The position numbers and the translations under genes were made by a program. 64,000 nucleotides of DNA from Candidatus Nomurabacteria bacterium RIFCSPLOWO2_01_FULL_41_18 (GTDB lineage Bacteria > Patescibacteriota > Minisyncoccia > Phycocordibacterales > UBA9973), in the NCBI GenBank assembly GCA_001785865.1, contig MFUZ01000006.1:45674-109673 (forward strand), read 5' to 3'. The notes under the pieces are model-generated. The model did not search any database. It saw only the letters and a list, made by a program, of their open reading frames with translations, and was not told the origin of the DNA. The stretch's first letter is position 1. Each line of letters begins with the position of its first letter. This document shows positions 19,763 to 29,158 of this stretch, one piece after another.

Positions 19763-19849
19763 AGATACATCCTATCATATATACTCTCTTTATACAAGTA
19801 TTTAGTGGTCGCGAAAAAATAGTAAATTATTAAAATAACCAATAAAAAT

Positions 19850-21775
19850 ATGAGCAAAATCATAGGTATAGATTTAGGTACGACAAATTCGGCAGTTGCC
19901 ATCATCGAGGGCGGTGCACCGAAAATTATAGAAAATATCGAAGGAAATCGCACTACGCCTTCTGTGGTAGCGACTGCAAAAAATGGTGACCGCGTAGTCG
20001 GGCTTTTGGCCAAGAGACAAGCGGTGACTAATCCGGAAAATACGATTGCCGAAGTAAAGCGCCTGATGGGGCATCGTTTCGATGATCCGGAAATACAAAA
20101 AGACCGCACAACTTCGCCGTTCAAGATCGACGCGGGAGACGGAGGTGGAGTCAAAGTAAAAATGTTGGATAAATTTTATCGACCGGAGGAAATTTCTGCA
20201 ATGATCCTGCAGAAAATAAAGACTGATGTCGAAGCAAAATTGGGAGAAAAAATAACCGAAGCGGTCATTACCGTGCCAGCATATTTCAACGATGCACAAA
20301 GAAAAGCCACGAAGGATGCTGGAGCTATTGCAGGACTTGATGTGAAGCGCATTATAAACGAACCGACCGCGGCAGCTTTGGCTTATGGATTTGATAAGAA
20401 GAAAAATGAAAAAATTGTAGTTTACGATTTCGGCGGGGGAACTTTTGACGTATCAGTGCTAGAAATCGGAGATGATGTCATCGAAGTGAAGTCTACAGAC
20501 GGAGACAGCCACATGGGTGGAGGAGATATCGACCGAAAAATAATAAGGTGGATAGCGGAGGAATATAAAAAGGAATCCGGAATTGATGTGACCAAGGACC
20601 CACTCGCGCACCAGAGACTCCGAGAAGCAGCTGAGAAAGCTAAACACGAGCTTTCTACCACAATGGAAGCAGAAATAAACATCCCATTTATCACTTCAGA
20701 TGCTGGAGGTCCAAAACATCTGCTCATGAAAATGTCTAGGGCGACACTGGAAACGCTTACCAAAGATCTGATCGATCGCTCTATCGAGATTACCAAGCGA
20801 GCATTAGCAGCTTCTCCATTCAAGATGAACGAAATTAATGAGATAATCATGGTCGGAGGGCAGACCAGAATGCCAGCAATCGTTTCTGCGGTAAAGAATC
20901 TTTTTAATAAGGAGCCGAATATGTCCATCAACCCGGATGAAGTCGTGGCGCTCGGAGCCGCCGTCCAGGCAGGAGTATTGCAGGGAGATGTGCGAGATGT
21001 GCTCTTACTCGATGTCATACCGCTATCTCTCGGAATTGAAACTCTAGGAGGAGTGGCTACGAAATTGATCGAAAGGAATACTACTATTCCGTCCAGCAAA
21101 TCTCAGATATTCTCGACCGCAGCCGACAATCAAACTTCAGTAGAAATACATATTGTGCAAGGAGAGCGCCCGATGGCTTCCGACAACAAATCTCTCGGAA
21201 GATTCATCTTGGATGGTGTTCCACCAGCACCACGTGGCATGCCACAGATCGAAGTAGCCTTTGATGTAGATGCGAATGGCATACTGAATGTGACCGCGAA
21301 GGATAAGGCTTCTGGCAAAACTCAATCGATCAAAATAGAGGCTAGCTCTGGACTTAAAGATGAGGAAATTAAAAAGATGCAGAAAGATGCGGAACTGCAC
21401 GCGGAGGAAGACAAAAAGAAAAAAGAAGTTGTGGATATAAAGAATACTGCTGAAATGATTATTTATACTGCTGAAAAAGCATTGAAAGACAACGAAGCAA
21501 AGATCCCTGCGGAACTCAAAGACAGTGTAAATGCAAAAATCACTGCGCTCCGAACTGCAAAAGATGGCACTGATGCGGAGGCAATCAAAAAAGCTACAGA
21601 AGAACTTTCTTCTGAAATGTCCAAAATAGGCCAAGCCATGAATCAAAATGGCGCAGGTGCTGAGCCAACTGGCGAAGCAGGGGGAAATAAAACTCCCGAA
21701 GAACAGCCCGCCGAAGTCAAAGACGCCGAATTCAAGGAAGCAAAGAAGGACGAAGGTGAAACACCTAGGTCGTAA
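19850..21775 (+). CDS. dnaK: molecular chaperone DnaK (Hsp70)
   Basis: [23 protein letters not shown] and the full Hsp70 architecture at 641 aa. Confidence 0.97.
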   Translation: MSKIIGIDLGTTNSAVAIIEGGAPKIIENIEGNRTTPSVVATAKNGDRVVGLLAKRQAVTNPENTIAEVKRLMGHRFDDPEIQKDRTTSPFKIDAGDGGGVKVKMLDKFYRPEEISAMILQKIKTDVEAKLGEKITEAVITVPAYFNDAQRKATKDAGAIAGLDVKRIINEPTAAALAYGFDKKKNEKIVVYDFGGGTFDVSVLEIGDDVIEVKSTDGDSHMGGGDIDRKIIRWIAEEYKKESGIDVTKDPLAHQRLREAAEKAKHELSTTMEAEINIPFITSDAGGPKHLLMKMSRATLETLTKDLIDRSIEITKRALAASPFKMNEINEIIMVGGQTRMPAIVSAVKNLFNKEPNMSINPDEVVALGAAVQAGVLQGDVRDVLLLDVIPLSLGIETLGGVATKLIERNTTIPSSKSQIFSTAADNQTSVEIHIVQGERPMASDNKSLGRFILDGVPPAPRGMPQIEVAFDVDANGILNVTAKDKASGKTQSIKIEASSGLKDEEIKKMQKDAELHAEEDKKKKEVVDIKNTAEMIIYTAEKALKDNEAKIPAELKDSVNAKITALRTAKDGTDAEAIKKATEELSSEMSKIGQAMNQNGAGAEPTGEAGGNKTPEEQPAEVKDAEFKEAKKDEGETPRS

Positions 21776-21789
21776 AATTACTAAAAACT

Positions 21790-21813
21790 AAAAGCCCTCG
21801 CAAAGGGGCTTTT
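21790..21813 (+). terminator. Rho-independent terminator after dnaK
   Basis: AAAAGCCC-tcgcaaag-GGGCTTTT followed by a T-rich stretch. Confidence 0.6.
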
Positions 21814-21846
21814 AGTTTTGCCCATTTTATTGTAAAATAGTGCTAT

Positions 21847-24027
21847 ATGGATTTTCCAGACATACCTACCAATAAGGAGATAACTTATCTTGGAATTACC
21901 ACTTATCGGGACAAGAACCAGCTTTTTGGTATCAAGCGCAAAGACAGGCGCCAGCATGTTTATATTCTCGGAAAGTCCGGTACCGGTAAATCTGTGCTCA
22001 TGTTCAACATGATAATACAGAATATTAAGAATGGCGACGGAGTCTGCATGGTTGACCCGCACGGAGAAAATGTAGAAGCCATACTTTCGGCTATTCCTCC
22101 ACATCGCGTAAAAGACGTGGTTTACTTCAATCCTGCCGATGCAGACCATCACATAGGCTTCAATGTCCTCGAATTGATCGACCCCCAGTACAAGCATCTG
22201 GTAGCTTCTGGGTTGATGGGCATCTTTACGAAGATCTGGGCGAACGCCTGGAGCGCGAGAATGGAATACATTTTGAACAATGCGATCTTGGCCCTCCTCG
22301 ATACTCCGGGCACGACTCTTCTTGGTATTCCCAGAATGTTGGTGGACAAAGATTATCGGCAGAAAATAATTTCAAATCTGAAGGATCCGGTTATCAAGGC
22401 CTTCTGGGTGCATGAGTACGAAGCTTGGCAGGATAAATTCAGGAATGAAGCTATCGCTCCGATCCAAAACAAAGTCGGCCAGTTTCTTTCTACTTCCATT
22501 ATACGAAACGTCGTCGGTCAATCGAAGAGTACGATCAATATCTTTGACATGATGAACGAGGGCAAGATCTTTCTTGTGAATGTGTCAAAAGGGCGTATCG
22601 GCGAAGACAACTCGAGCTTACTCGGAGGCATGATTATCACCAAGATCCAGCTAGCCGCCATGGAGCGCGTGCGTATTCCGGAAGAATCTCGTAAAGACTT
22701 TTATCTTTATGTTGACGAATTCCAAAACTTCGTGACGGATGCTTTTGCTGGTATTTTATCTGAGGCTAGAAAATACAGGCTGAATTTGACTGTGGCGCAC
22801 CAGTACACTGCTCAGCTGGTGGTGGATAAAAGTTCGGCAGTGCGTGATGCAGTGTTTGGCAACGTCGGTACCATGATCGTGTTTCGGGTGGGCTCGGATG
22901 ATGCGGAATTTCTCGAATCAGAATTCGATCCCGAGTTCACTCCGCAGGACATAGTGAATCTGCCGAACTACAAGGTTTATCTGAAACTCATGATAGATGG
23001 CGTGACGTCCCGTCCTTTTTCAGCAAAAACTCTGCCGCAAATGGTGAAGTCTGGAAACAGGGAAATAGAAGAAGAAGTGATACGATCTTCTCGCGCGCTG
23101 TATTGCCGAAGCAAGGAAATCGTGGAGAGAGAGATAAATGACTGGAGCGGGATGTCGCTCGGCAATGATACCGACATGGGAAGCGGAGCTTTGGAGAAAT
23201 TTCCCGTAATTTGTTCCAATTGCAAAAAAGAAACAACCGTGCCTTTTAAGCCCGAACCAGGACGTCCAGTTTATTGCAAAGAATGTATTGCAAAAATAAA
23301 GTCTGGGGAAATAAAAGTTACAAAAGGTTCTGAAAATCAGATCAAGCATGACGAAACCACTTTTTTCCAGCCTCTCGCTGATTTAGGCATAGAGTTCCAG
23401 CAGAAAGACAGGGTGAAGGGTGAAGAAAAGGAAAGGTACCCGGAAAGAGTCGAGAAAAAAAAGAGCCCGACTTTTTCTGCTTCTCCTCTGCCGAACAAGT
23501 CGTTAGCCTCGGAAGCATCTCAAAGCAAACCGGGCCTATTTAGAACGATTAAAAAAGTTTTCAATAAAAGCGCCCCGTCCGTGCCGGCGAGTACTGCTCC
23601 AAAAGGAGGAGAGCCGCGAACTTTACCAGCACCCGCAAAAATTTTCCAAAGATCAGAGAGGCCTAATCAACCAAATACCAAGGAAAATGTCGCCTTGAGA
23701 GAAATATTAAATAAAGTGGTTGCCAAACCGCCTACTCAAAATGCGAACCAGCCTGTTTCAGCTCCTGTGCCCCCTCCTGCACCGGCTCCAGTTTCGCTCG
23801 ATACTCTTAAAAACCTGCCTGCGCAGGCAGGTAAAATTCTTAATCTGCCTTCTAAAGATCGCGCAGCGAGTTCTGAAGATATGAATAAGCTGAAGAACCT
23901 TATCCTAGAGAAAGAAAAAACTCCTACTCCTACTACCCCTGGCCCCGCACCCGCTTCGGCTTCTACTCCTATTCCTCAAAAACCAAAAGAAGTTCCGGAA
24001 GATGTTTTAAGAAAAATTTTGGAGTAA
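21847..24027 (+). CDS. soluble T4CP-like (VirD4/TraG/TraD-family) P-loop ATPase with C-terminal zinc ribbon and Pro/Ala-rich tail
   Basis: Walker A YILGKSGTGKS, then MVDPHGE (the DPKGE-like motif of coupling proteins). Walker B region YLYVDEFQNF, then ARKYRLNLTVAHQYTAQL (TraG-D_C-like HQ..xQL). No N-terminal TM. The C-terminus carries ICSNCKKETTVPFKPEPGRPVYCKEC plus a low-complexity P/A/T-rich tail. Confidence 0.6.
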   Translation: MDFPDIPTNKEITYLGITTYRDKNQLFGIKRKDRRQHVYILGKSGTGKSVLMFNMIIQNIKNGDGVCMVDPHGENVEAILSAIPPHRVKDVVYFNPADADHHIGFNVLELIDPQYKHLVASGLMGIFTKIWANAWSARMEYILNNAILALLDTPGTTLLGIPRMLVDKDYRQKIISNLKDPVIKAFWVHEYEAWQDKFRNEAIAPIQNKVGQFLSTSIIRNVVGQSKSTINIFDMMNEGKIFLVNVSKGRIGEDNSSLLGGMIITKIQLAAMERVRIPEESRKDFYLYVDEFQNFVTDAFAGILSEARKYRLNLTVAHQYTAQLVVDKSSAVRDAVFGNVGTMIVFRVGSDDAEFLESEFDPEFTPQDIVNLPNYKVYLKLMIDGVTSRPFSAKTLPQMVKSGNREIEEEVIRSSRALYCRSKEIVEREINDWSGMSLGNDTDMGSGALEKFPVICSNCKKETTVPFKPEPGRPVYCKECIAKIKSGEIKVTKGSENQIKHDETTFFQPLADLGIEFQQKDRVKGEEKERYPERVEKKKSPTFSASPLPNKSLASEASQSKPGLFRTIKKVFNKSAPSVPASTAPKGGEPRTLPAPAKIFQRSERPNQPNTKENVALREILNKVVAKPPTQNANQPVSAPVPPPAPAPVSLDTLKNLPAQAGKILNLPSKDRAASSEDMNKLKNLILEKEKTPTPTTPGPAPASASTPIPQKPKEVPEDVLRKILE

Positions 24028-24037
24028 ATTTGTTGAA

Positions 24038-25708
24038 ATGAATCAAGAAACTAAAAATTGTAAAAAGTGCAAGCAAGATTTTGTCTTAGATCAGAATGAT
24101 TTAGGTTTTTATGAAAAAATGAAAGTGCCCGTACCAAAAATTTGTCCGAACTGCCGTTTCAAGATGCGGGCGATGTTTAGAAATGAAACCACACTTTATT
24201 CTGGACGCAAATGCGCACTTTGTAATAATAATGTTATTTCAATGTATAATCCAAAATCTCCTTATGCTATCTATTGCTATAGATGTTTTTATTCTTCCAA
24301 GTGGGAAGCGAGGGATTATGCGATGGATTATGATGAAAAGAGATCTTTTATAGAACAGTTTGGTGAGTTACTCAAAAAAGTTCCCAAAATTACAACTTTC
24401 TTGTCAACTGGTTATGGTCTTAATGTAAATAGCGAATATTCGAATATGGCGAGTGGTTGCAAAAATTGCTATTTAGTTTTTAACACTGGGCCAGCGGAAG
24501 AAGTCTTGTACGCCCGGGGAATTAGAGATTGTCGTGACTGTGTTGATATGTATTTCGGAGTAAATGATGAACGTTGTTATGAATGTATAAATGTCCACCA
24601 GTCTTCCGGTATCCTCTCCGGTAAAAATGTTAATGGATCTGTAGATTGCTGTTTTGTGTTAAATTGTCGAAATGTGATGAATTGTTTTGGATGTGTGAAT
24701 TTAAATAATAAATCACACCATTTTTTAAATCAACCGATGTCGGGAGAAGAATACAAGAAAAAAGTAAGTGAAATTTTAGGTAGCTATAAAAAAACTGAAG
24801 AATTTAGAAAACAATTTGAAAAATTTACATTACAATTTCCAATGCGTGAGAATAATAATATAAAAACTACTAATTCAACTGGAGATTATTTGTTTGAGTG
24901 TAAAAATGTAAGAGATTCTTTCGAAATTACGAAAAGCGAAGATTGTCGCTACTTGTATTCTTCTAAAGAAATTAGGGATTCTGTTGGCACTATCGGTTAT
25001 GGGGTAAATTCGGAATGCTTATTGGAGGTAGTGGCTTCTGGACAATCCAGTAACTGCATAGGTTCTTATGGCCTCGAACACTCCAGTGATATTTTATATG
25101 GATTTTATACTTCCAAATGCCAAGACTGCATTGGTTGTGATGGGCTGAAAAATGGAAAATATTTTATTTTAAATAAACAATATGAACAAGCTGAATACGA
25201 GAGGCTCAGAGAAAAAATTATTCAAGAACTAAAAGAAAAAGATTTATATGGATTGATGATACCGCCAGAACTTGCCCCCTTTGCCTACAATGAAACGATT
25301 GCGCAAGACAGTATGCCTCTCACCAAGGAAGAAGCTTTGGCGCAGGGTTTTCGTTGGGAAGAAGACATACAAAAGACAGAAGGAAAGGAAACAGTTGATC
25401 CGGAAAACATTTCGGACCATATAAAAGATGTAAAAGATTCTATAACCAACGAGATTTTAAGATGTATAGATTGCAATAGAAACTATAAAATCATAGATCA
25501 AGAGCTTATGTTTTACAGGAAAATGAATATTCCGCTTCCTAGAAAGTGTTTTTATTGTAGGCACCGGGATCGTATTGTCAAACGTGGCCCATACAAATTC
25601 TGGAATAGGAATTGTGCAAAATGCAATATGGAGATTATGACAAATTATTCACCTGAAAGACCAGAAATTGTATACTGCGAGAAATGTTATCAGCAGGAAG
25701 TTTATTAG
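24038..25708 (+). CDS. cysteine-rich multi-zinc-ribbon protein, paralog 5
   Basis: CKKCKQDFVLDQNDLGFYEKMKVPVPKICPNCRFKMR. Central CRNVMNCFGCVN and CIGCDGLKNGKY. C-terminus LMFYRKMNIPLPRKCFYCRHRDR ... YCEKCYQQEVY. Confidence 0.6.
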   Translation: MNQETKNCKKCKQDFVLDQNDLGFYEKMKVPVPKICPNCRFKMRAMFRNETTLYSGRKCALCNNNVISMYNPKSPYAIYCYRCFYSSKWEARDYAMDYDEKRSFIEQFGELLKKVPKITTFLSTGYGLNVNSEYSNMASGCKNCYLVFNTGPAEEVLYARGIRDCRDCVDMYFGVNDERCYECINVHQSSGILSGKNVNGSVDCCFVLNCRNVMNCFGCVNLNNKSHHFLNQPMSGEEYKKKVSEILGSYKKTEEFRKQFEKFTLQFPMRENNNIKTTNSTGDYLFECKNVRDSFEITKSEDCRYLYSSKEIRDSVGTIGYGVNSECLLEVVASGQSSNCIGSYGLEHSSDILYGFYTSKCQDCIGCDGLKNGKYFILNKQYEQAEYERLREKIIQELKEKDLYGLMIPPELAPFAYNETIAQDSMPLTKEEALAQGFRWEEDIQKTEGKETVDPENISDHIKDVKDSITNEILRCIDCNRNYKIIDQELMFYRKMNIPLPRKCFYCRHRDRIVKRGPYKFWNRNCAKCNMEIMTNYSPERPEIVYCEKCYQQEVY

Positions 25709-25732
25709 GTTTTATGTTAAAATAATCCCTAT

Positions 25733-27277
25733 ATGCCAAAGCCAAATCGAGTCCAAATAATCAAATACGGACCGCCGCCGCCAGAGCTGCCCGTGTTCGG
25801 CAAGGTCAAACCGGAGGAAGTTTCTTTTATTGGACGGACCAACTACGTAGCAGCTCTCGAGGAAAAGAAATTTATTTTCGGAATCAAGAGAATAGACCGC
25901 AGACGCCATCTATATATTATCGGTAAGTCCGGCGTGGGCAAGACCAAGCTTCTAGAGTTAATGCTCCGCCAAGACATCACCTATGACCACGGGCTTTGCT
26001 TGATCGACCCACACGGGGACGTGATAGAGGCGATGCTCGACTATATTCCCAAAGAACGCATCGATGATGTCTGTATCATCGACCCTACTGATCTTGATTT
26101 TCCGGCGTCTTTCAATCCACTTGCCAATGTGGACCCATTATTTAAGTTTCAATTGACCCAAGGCCTGATCGAGGTCTTCCAGAAGCAATTCGGGGCAAAT
26201 TGGACACCACGTCTCGAACACGTCTTTCGCTTTACCTGTCTCGCTCTGCTCGACTATCCGCACGCCACCATGCGGGGAATGATTTCGATGCTGACCGATC
26301 GAAACTACCGACAGAAAGTGGTGGAATATATCACCGACGACATGGTCAAAAGATTCTTCGCAATCGAATTTGCCGATTGGTCGGAGAAATTCGACACCGA
26401 CGCCATCATTCCTTTGGTGAACAAGCTCGGGCAATTCCTATCTGATCCCTTACTACGAAACATATTCGGACAGAAGCAGAACAAGATAGATATAAGTAAA
26501 TTAATGAATGAGGAAAAGATTGTCCTCATCAATCTCTCAAAGGGCCGCTTGGGCGAAGAAAATTCTTCATTTCTCGGTTCCATATTCCTGACAAAAATAA
26601 AACAGGCCGGAATGGAGCGTGCCGCTATACCCGAGAAGGACCGTAAGGATTTTTATATCTATGTCGACGAGTTCCAAAACGTAGTGACTCAGACTTTTGA
26701 AAATATTTTGTCGGAGGCGAGAAAGTACGGGCTCAACCTCACCATGGCTCATCAGTATGTGGGGCAGATCATTACCAAAGTCCACCAAGCGGTGCTCGGA
26801 AACTGTGGTAGCATTATCACTTTCCGCGTCGGCGGAGAAGATGCGGTGAAATTGAAGCCGGAATTTGCACCCCTGTTTGATGTGAAGGATATGATCAACC
26901 TTGCGGTAGCGGAATTTTATATCAAGATGACCATCGATGGAGAGTCTTACGATCCATTTTCAGCTGAGACACTCCGAGTCTTGCCACCGACGCATCCTTC
27001 ATATAGAAAAGAAATAATCGATGCTTCTCATAAAAAATATTCAATATCCAAACATGATGCCGCGAGGCTGATCGCTGAAGAAGAGGCGACAATAATCAGA
27101 AGCGCAGAAGAAAAAGCGATAATTGAAGGAAGAGCGAAAAGAAAGGAAAAAGAAGCTAAATCCAGCGAAGCTGGATCGCCCGACGATTCTGAAGAATCGT
27201 TTAGGGAAAATGAAACTGTAGAAAAACGAAAGACGAAAGAGAATAAAACTTCCCAAGAGGCCGAGCCTATGATATAA
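25733..27277 (+). CDS. soluble T4CP-like P-loop ATPase, paralog 2 (charged C-terminal tail)
   Basis: YIIGKSGVGKT, LIDPHGD, YIYVDEFQNV, ARKYGLNLTMAHQYVGQI. Paralogous to the 21847-24027 gene. Lys/Glu-rich C-terminal tail. Confidence 0.6.
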   Translation: MPKPNRVQIIKYGPPPPELPVFGKVKPEEVSFIGRTNYVAALEEKKFIFGIKRIDRRRHLYIIGKSGVGKTKLLELMLRQDITYDHGLCLIDPHGDVIEAMLDYIPKERIDDVCIIDPTDLDFPASFNPLANVDPLFKFQLTQGLIEVFQKQFGANWTPRLEHVFRFTCLALLDYPHATMRGMISMLTDRNYRQKVVEYITDDMVKRFFAIEFADWSEKFDTDAIIPLVNKLGQFLSDPLLRNIFGQKQNKIDISKLMNEEKIVLINLSKGRLGEENSSFLGSIFLTKIKQAGMERAAIPEKDRKDFYIYVDEFQNVVTQTFENILSEARKYGLNLTMAHQYVGQIITKVHQAVLGNCGSIITFRVGGEDAVKLKPEFAPLFDVKDMINLAVAEFYIKMTIDGESYDPFSAETLRVLPPTHPSYRKEIIDASHKKYSISKHDAARLIAEEEATIIRSAEEKAIIEGRAKRKEKEAKSSEAGSPDDSEESFRENETVEKRKTKENKTSQEAEPMI

Positions 27278-27292
27278 TGGCTAAATAACCTT

Positions 27293-28402
27293 ATGAATAA
27301 AGACTATTACAACATTTTAGGTGTAAATAAAAGCGCTTCCAAAGACGAAATAAAAAAGGCTTTTTATAAGCTGGCACACAAATATCATCCTGATAAAAAG
27401 GAGGGTAACGAATCAAAATTCAAGGAAGTGAATGAGGCTTATCAGGTGCTTTCGGACGAAGGGAAACGGGCAAAATATGATCAATTCGGATCAGGTTTTG
27501 AGAATGCGCAAGGGTTCGGCGGAGGGCAAGGAGGATTTGGAGGCTTCGACGGGGCAGGCTTTGGAGGATTTCAAGGTGCAAATGTGGATTTTGATTTCGG
27601 AAACCTGAATGATATCTTTAGCGATTTCTTTTCCGCCGGAGGCGGACCAGCCTCTGGCTGGGGAGGTAATAAGGCTCGTCGCGGCCGAGACATCTCGACC
27701 GAGATCCAGATTTCTTTTTCTGATTCTATTTTTGGCATAAGCAGAAAAATTCTTATCACTAAGACATCTAATTGTCTTACTTGCCACGGTTCTAGCGCGA
27801 AGGCGGGTTCGGGAATGGTAACTTGTAAAACTTGCAATGGTCAAGGACAGATTCGTGAATCAAAAAGAACAATATTTGGAAATATTGCGAATACAAAGAT
27901 TTGTGAGGCTTGTCTAGGTGCTGGTGAAGTGCCGAAGGAGGCTTGCGAGACCTGTCGCGGCAAAGGAGTCATGCGCCGGGAAGAAGAAGTTGATATCAGC
28001 ATCCCTGCCGGTATACGAGACGGAGAGATGATCCGGATGTCGGGTTATGGCGAGGCTGTTTCCAAAGGAACAGCAGGAGACCTTTATATCAAGATAAACG
28101 TTGCCCCGCACCCTGTCTTCAAACGCGATGGCCACGACATCGTAATGAATCTGAATTTGAAACTTTCTGACGCACTCCTCGGGACAAAATATCCAATAGA
28201 AACTCTGGATGGACATATCGAAGTGACTATTCCTGAAGGCGTGGGGATAAACGAAGTTCTTCGAGTGAAAGGCAAAGGTGTGCCGATGGGGGCGAAAAAT
28301 AAGCGCGGCGACCTCCTTATCAAACTCAACATCAAACTTCCTTCAAAAATTTCTCGCAAATCTCGCGAACTTATAGCTGAACTCAAAAAGGAAGGAATAT
28401 AG
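27293..28402 (+). CDS. dnaJ: co-chaperone DnaJ
   Basis: J-domain (DYYNILGV...HPD), G/F-rich linker, four CxxCxG(x)G zinc-finger repeats and a C-terminal domain. Confidence 0.92.
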   Translation: MNKDYYNILGVNKSASKDEIKKAFYKLAHKYHPDKKEGNESKFKEVNEAYQVLSDEGKRAKYDQFGSGFENAQGFGGGQGGFGGFDGAGFGGFQGANVDFDFGNLNDIFSDFFSAGGGPASGWGGNKARRGRDISTEIQISFSDSIFGISRKILITKTSNCLTCHGSSAKAGSGMVTCKTCNGQGQIRESKRTIFGNIANTKICEACLGAGEVPKEACETCRGKGVMRREEEVDISIPAGIRDGEMIRMSGYGEAVSKGTAGDLYIKINVAPHPVFKRDGHDIVMNLNLKLSDALLGTKYPIETLDGHIEVTIPEGVGINEVLRVKGKGVPMGAKNKRGDLLIKLNIKLPSKISRKSRELIAELKKEGI

Positions 28403-28406
28403 CTCC

Positions 28407-28979
28407 ATGCTACCAGAGAATATTATATATATCGGGGTGGTGGTAGGTCTAGTATCCATCTTTCTTTACATTAAAAATATTTTTTTTGGCACTACTCGAC
28501 CAAATCTAGTTTCTTGGACTCTATGGCTACTCGGCCCATTTCTCGGTGTATTTTTTCAACTTAAAGCCGGAGCAGGGCTCTCGGTATTGCCTGTGTTCAT
28601 GGCTGGCTTTGGACCATTGCTGGTAGTTATATTTTCAATTTTTAGGAAAAACTCCTACTGGAAACTGAGTACGTTTGATATATTTTGCGGAATATTTTCT
28701 ATACTTGCATTAGTATTGTATGCATTGACTCACAATCTAGCAGTATCAATTATTTTTGCAATACTAAGCGATCTATTGGCCTTTGTACCTACTTATATAA
28801 AAGGGTGGAAATTTCCAGAATCTGAAACATCTTCTGTTTACATCACAGGTCTTTTTAATAATATTTTAGGTTTACTAATTATCAAAAATTGGTCTTTTAC
28901 CATCTATTCGTTCGGTTTGTATCTAATAATTGCGAATATTGTAATGATTTACTTTTTATATCGCAAAAAGATTTTTTAA
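28407..28979 (+). CDS. polytopic membrane protein, unknown function
   Basis: About six hydrophobic helices. No recognisable motif. Confidence 0.35.
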   Translation: MLPENIIYIGVVVGLVSIFLYIKNIFFGTTRPNLVSWTLWLLGPFLGVFFQLKAGAGLSVLPVFMAGFGPLLVVIFSIFRKNSYWKLSTFDIFCGIFSILALVLYALTHNLAVSIIFAILSDLLAFVPTYIKGWKFPESETSSVYITGLFNNILGLLIIKNWSFTIYSFGLYLIIANIVMIYFLYRKKIF

Positions 28980-29011
28980 ACAACAATTTCTCCGTAATCT
29001 GTTTTTACCCC

Positions 29012-29069
29012 CTAAAACACCCTAATCCTGTAAGAATCGTGCTGATTTTGATGGGATAGGGTGATTTTT
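29012..29069. repeat. intergenic repeat element, copy 1 (~58 nt)
   Basis: ctaaaacaccctaatcctgtaagaatcgtgctgattttgatgggatagggtgattttt is about 80% identical to copy 2 at 33112-33167. The 20-mer gctgattttgatgggatagg is identical in both. Contains an internal inverted repeat CACCCTAATCC / GGGATAGGGTG. Confidence 0.6.
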
Positions 29070-29158
29070 GCAGAGAGTTCCGTGTTGACTTTCTTGTAGG
29101 CAATGCTAGATTATCAATAAGAAACCGTTCAAAAAACCAAAACGAAAGGCAATGTTCT

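Noticed and set aside
20422-21099. 225-aa - strand ORF (and several smaller ones) antisense to dnaK
   Set aside because: dnaK is unambiguous. The antisense ORF is Ser/Thr/Ala-rich with no motifs.
21847-27277. Alternative assignment of the two P-loop ATPases as FtsK/HerA-type or conjugative VirB4-type
   Set aside because: The DPHGE/DPHGD motif after Walker A, plus [YI]YVDEFQN and ARKY.LNL..AHQY..Q[LI], fits the coupling-protein (VirD4/TraG/TraD) pattern best. This is from memory and needs HMM confirmation.
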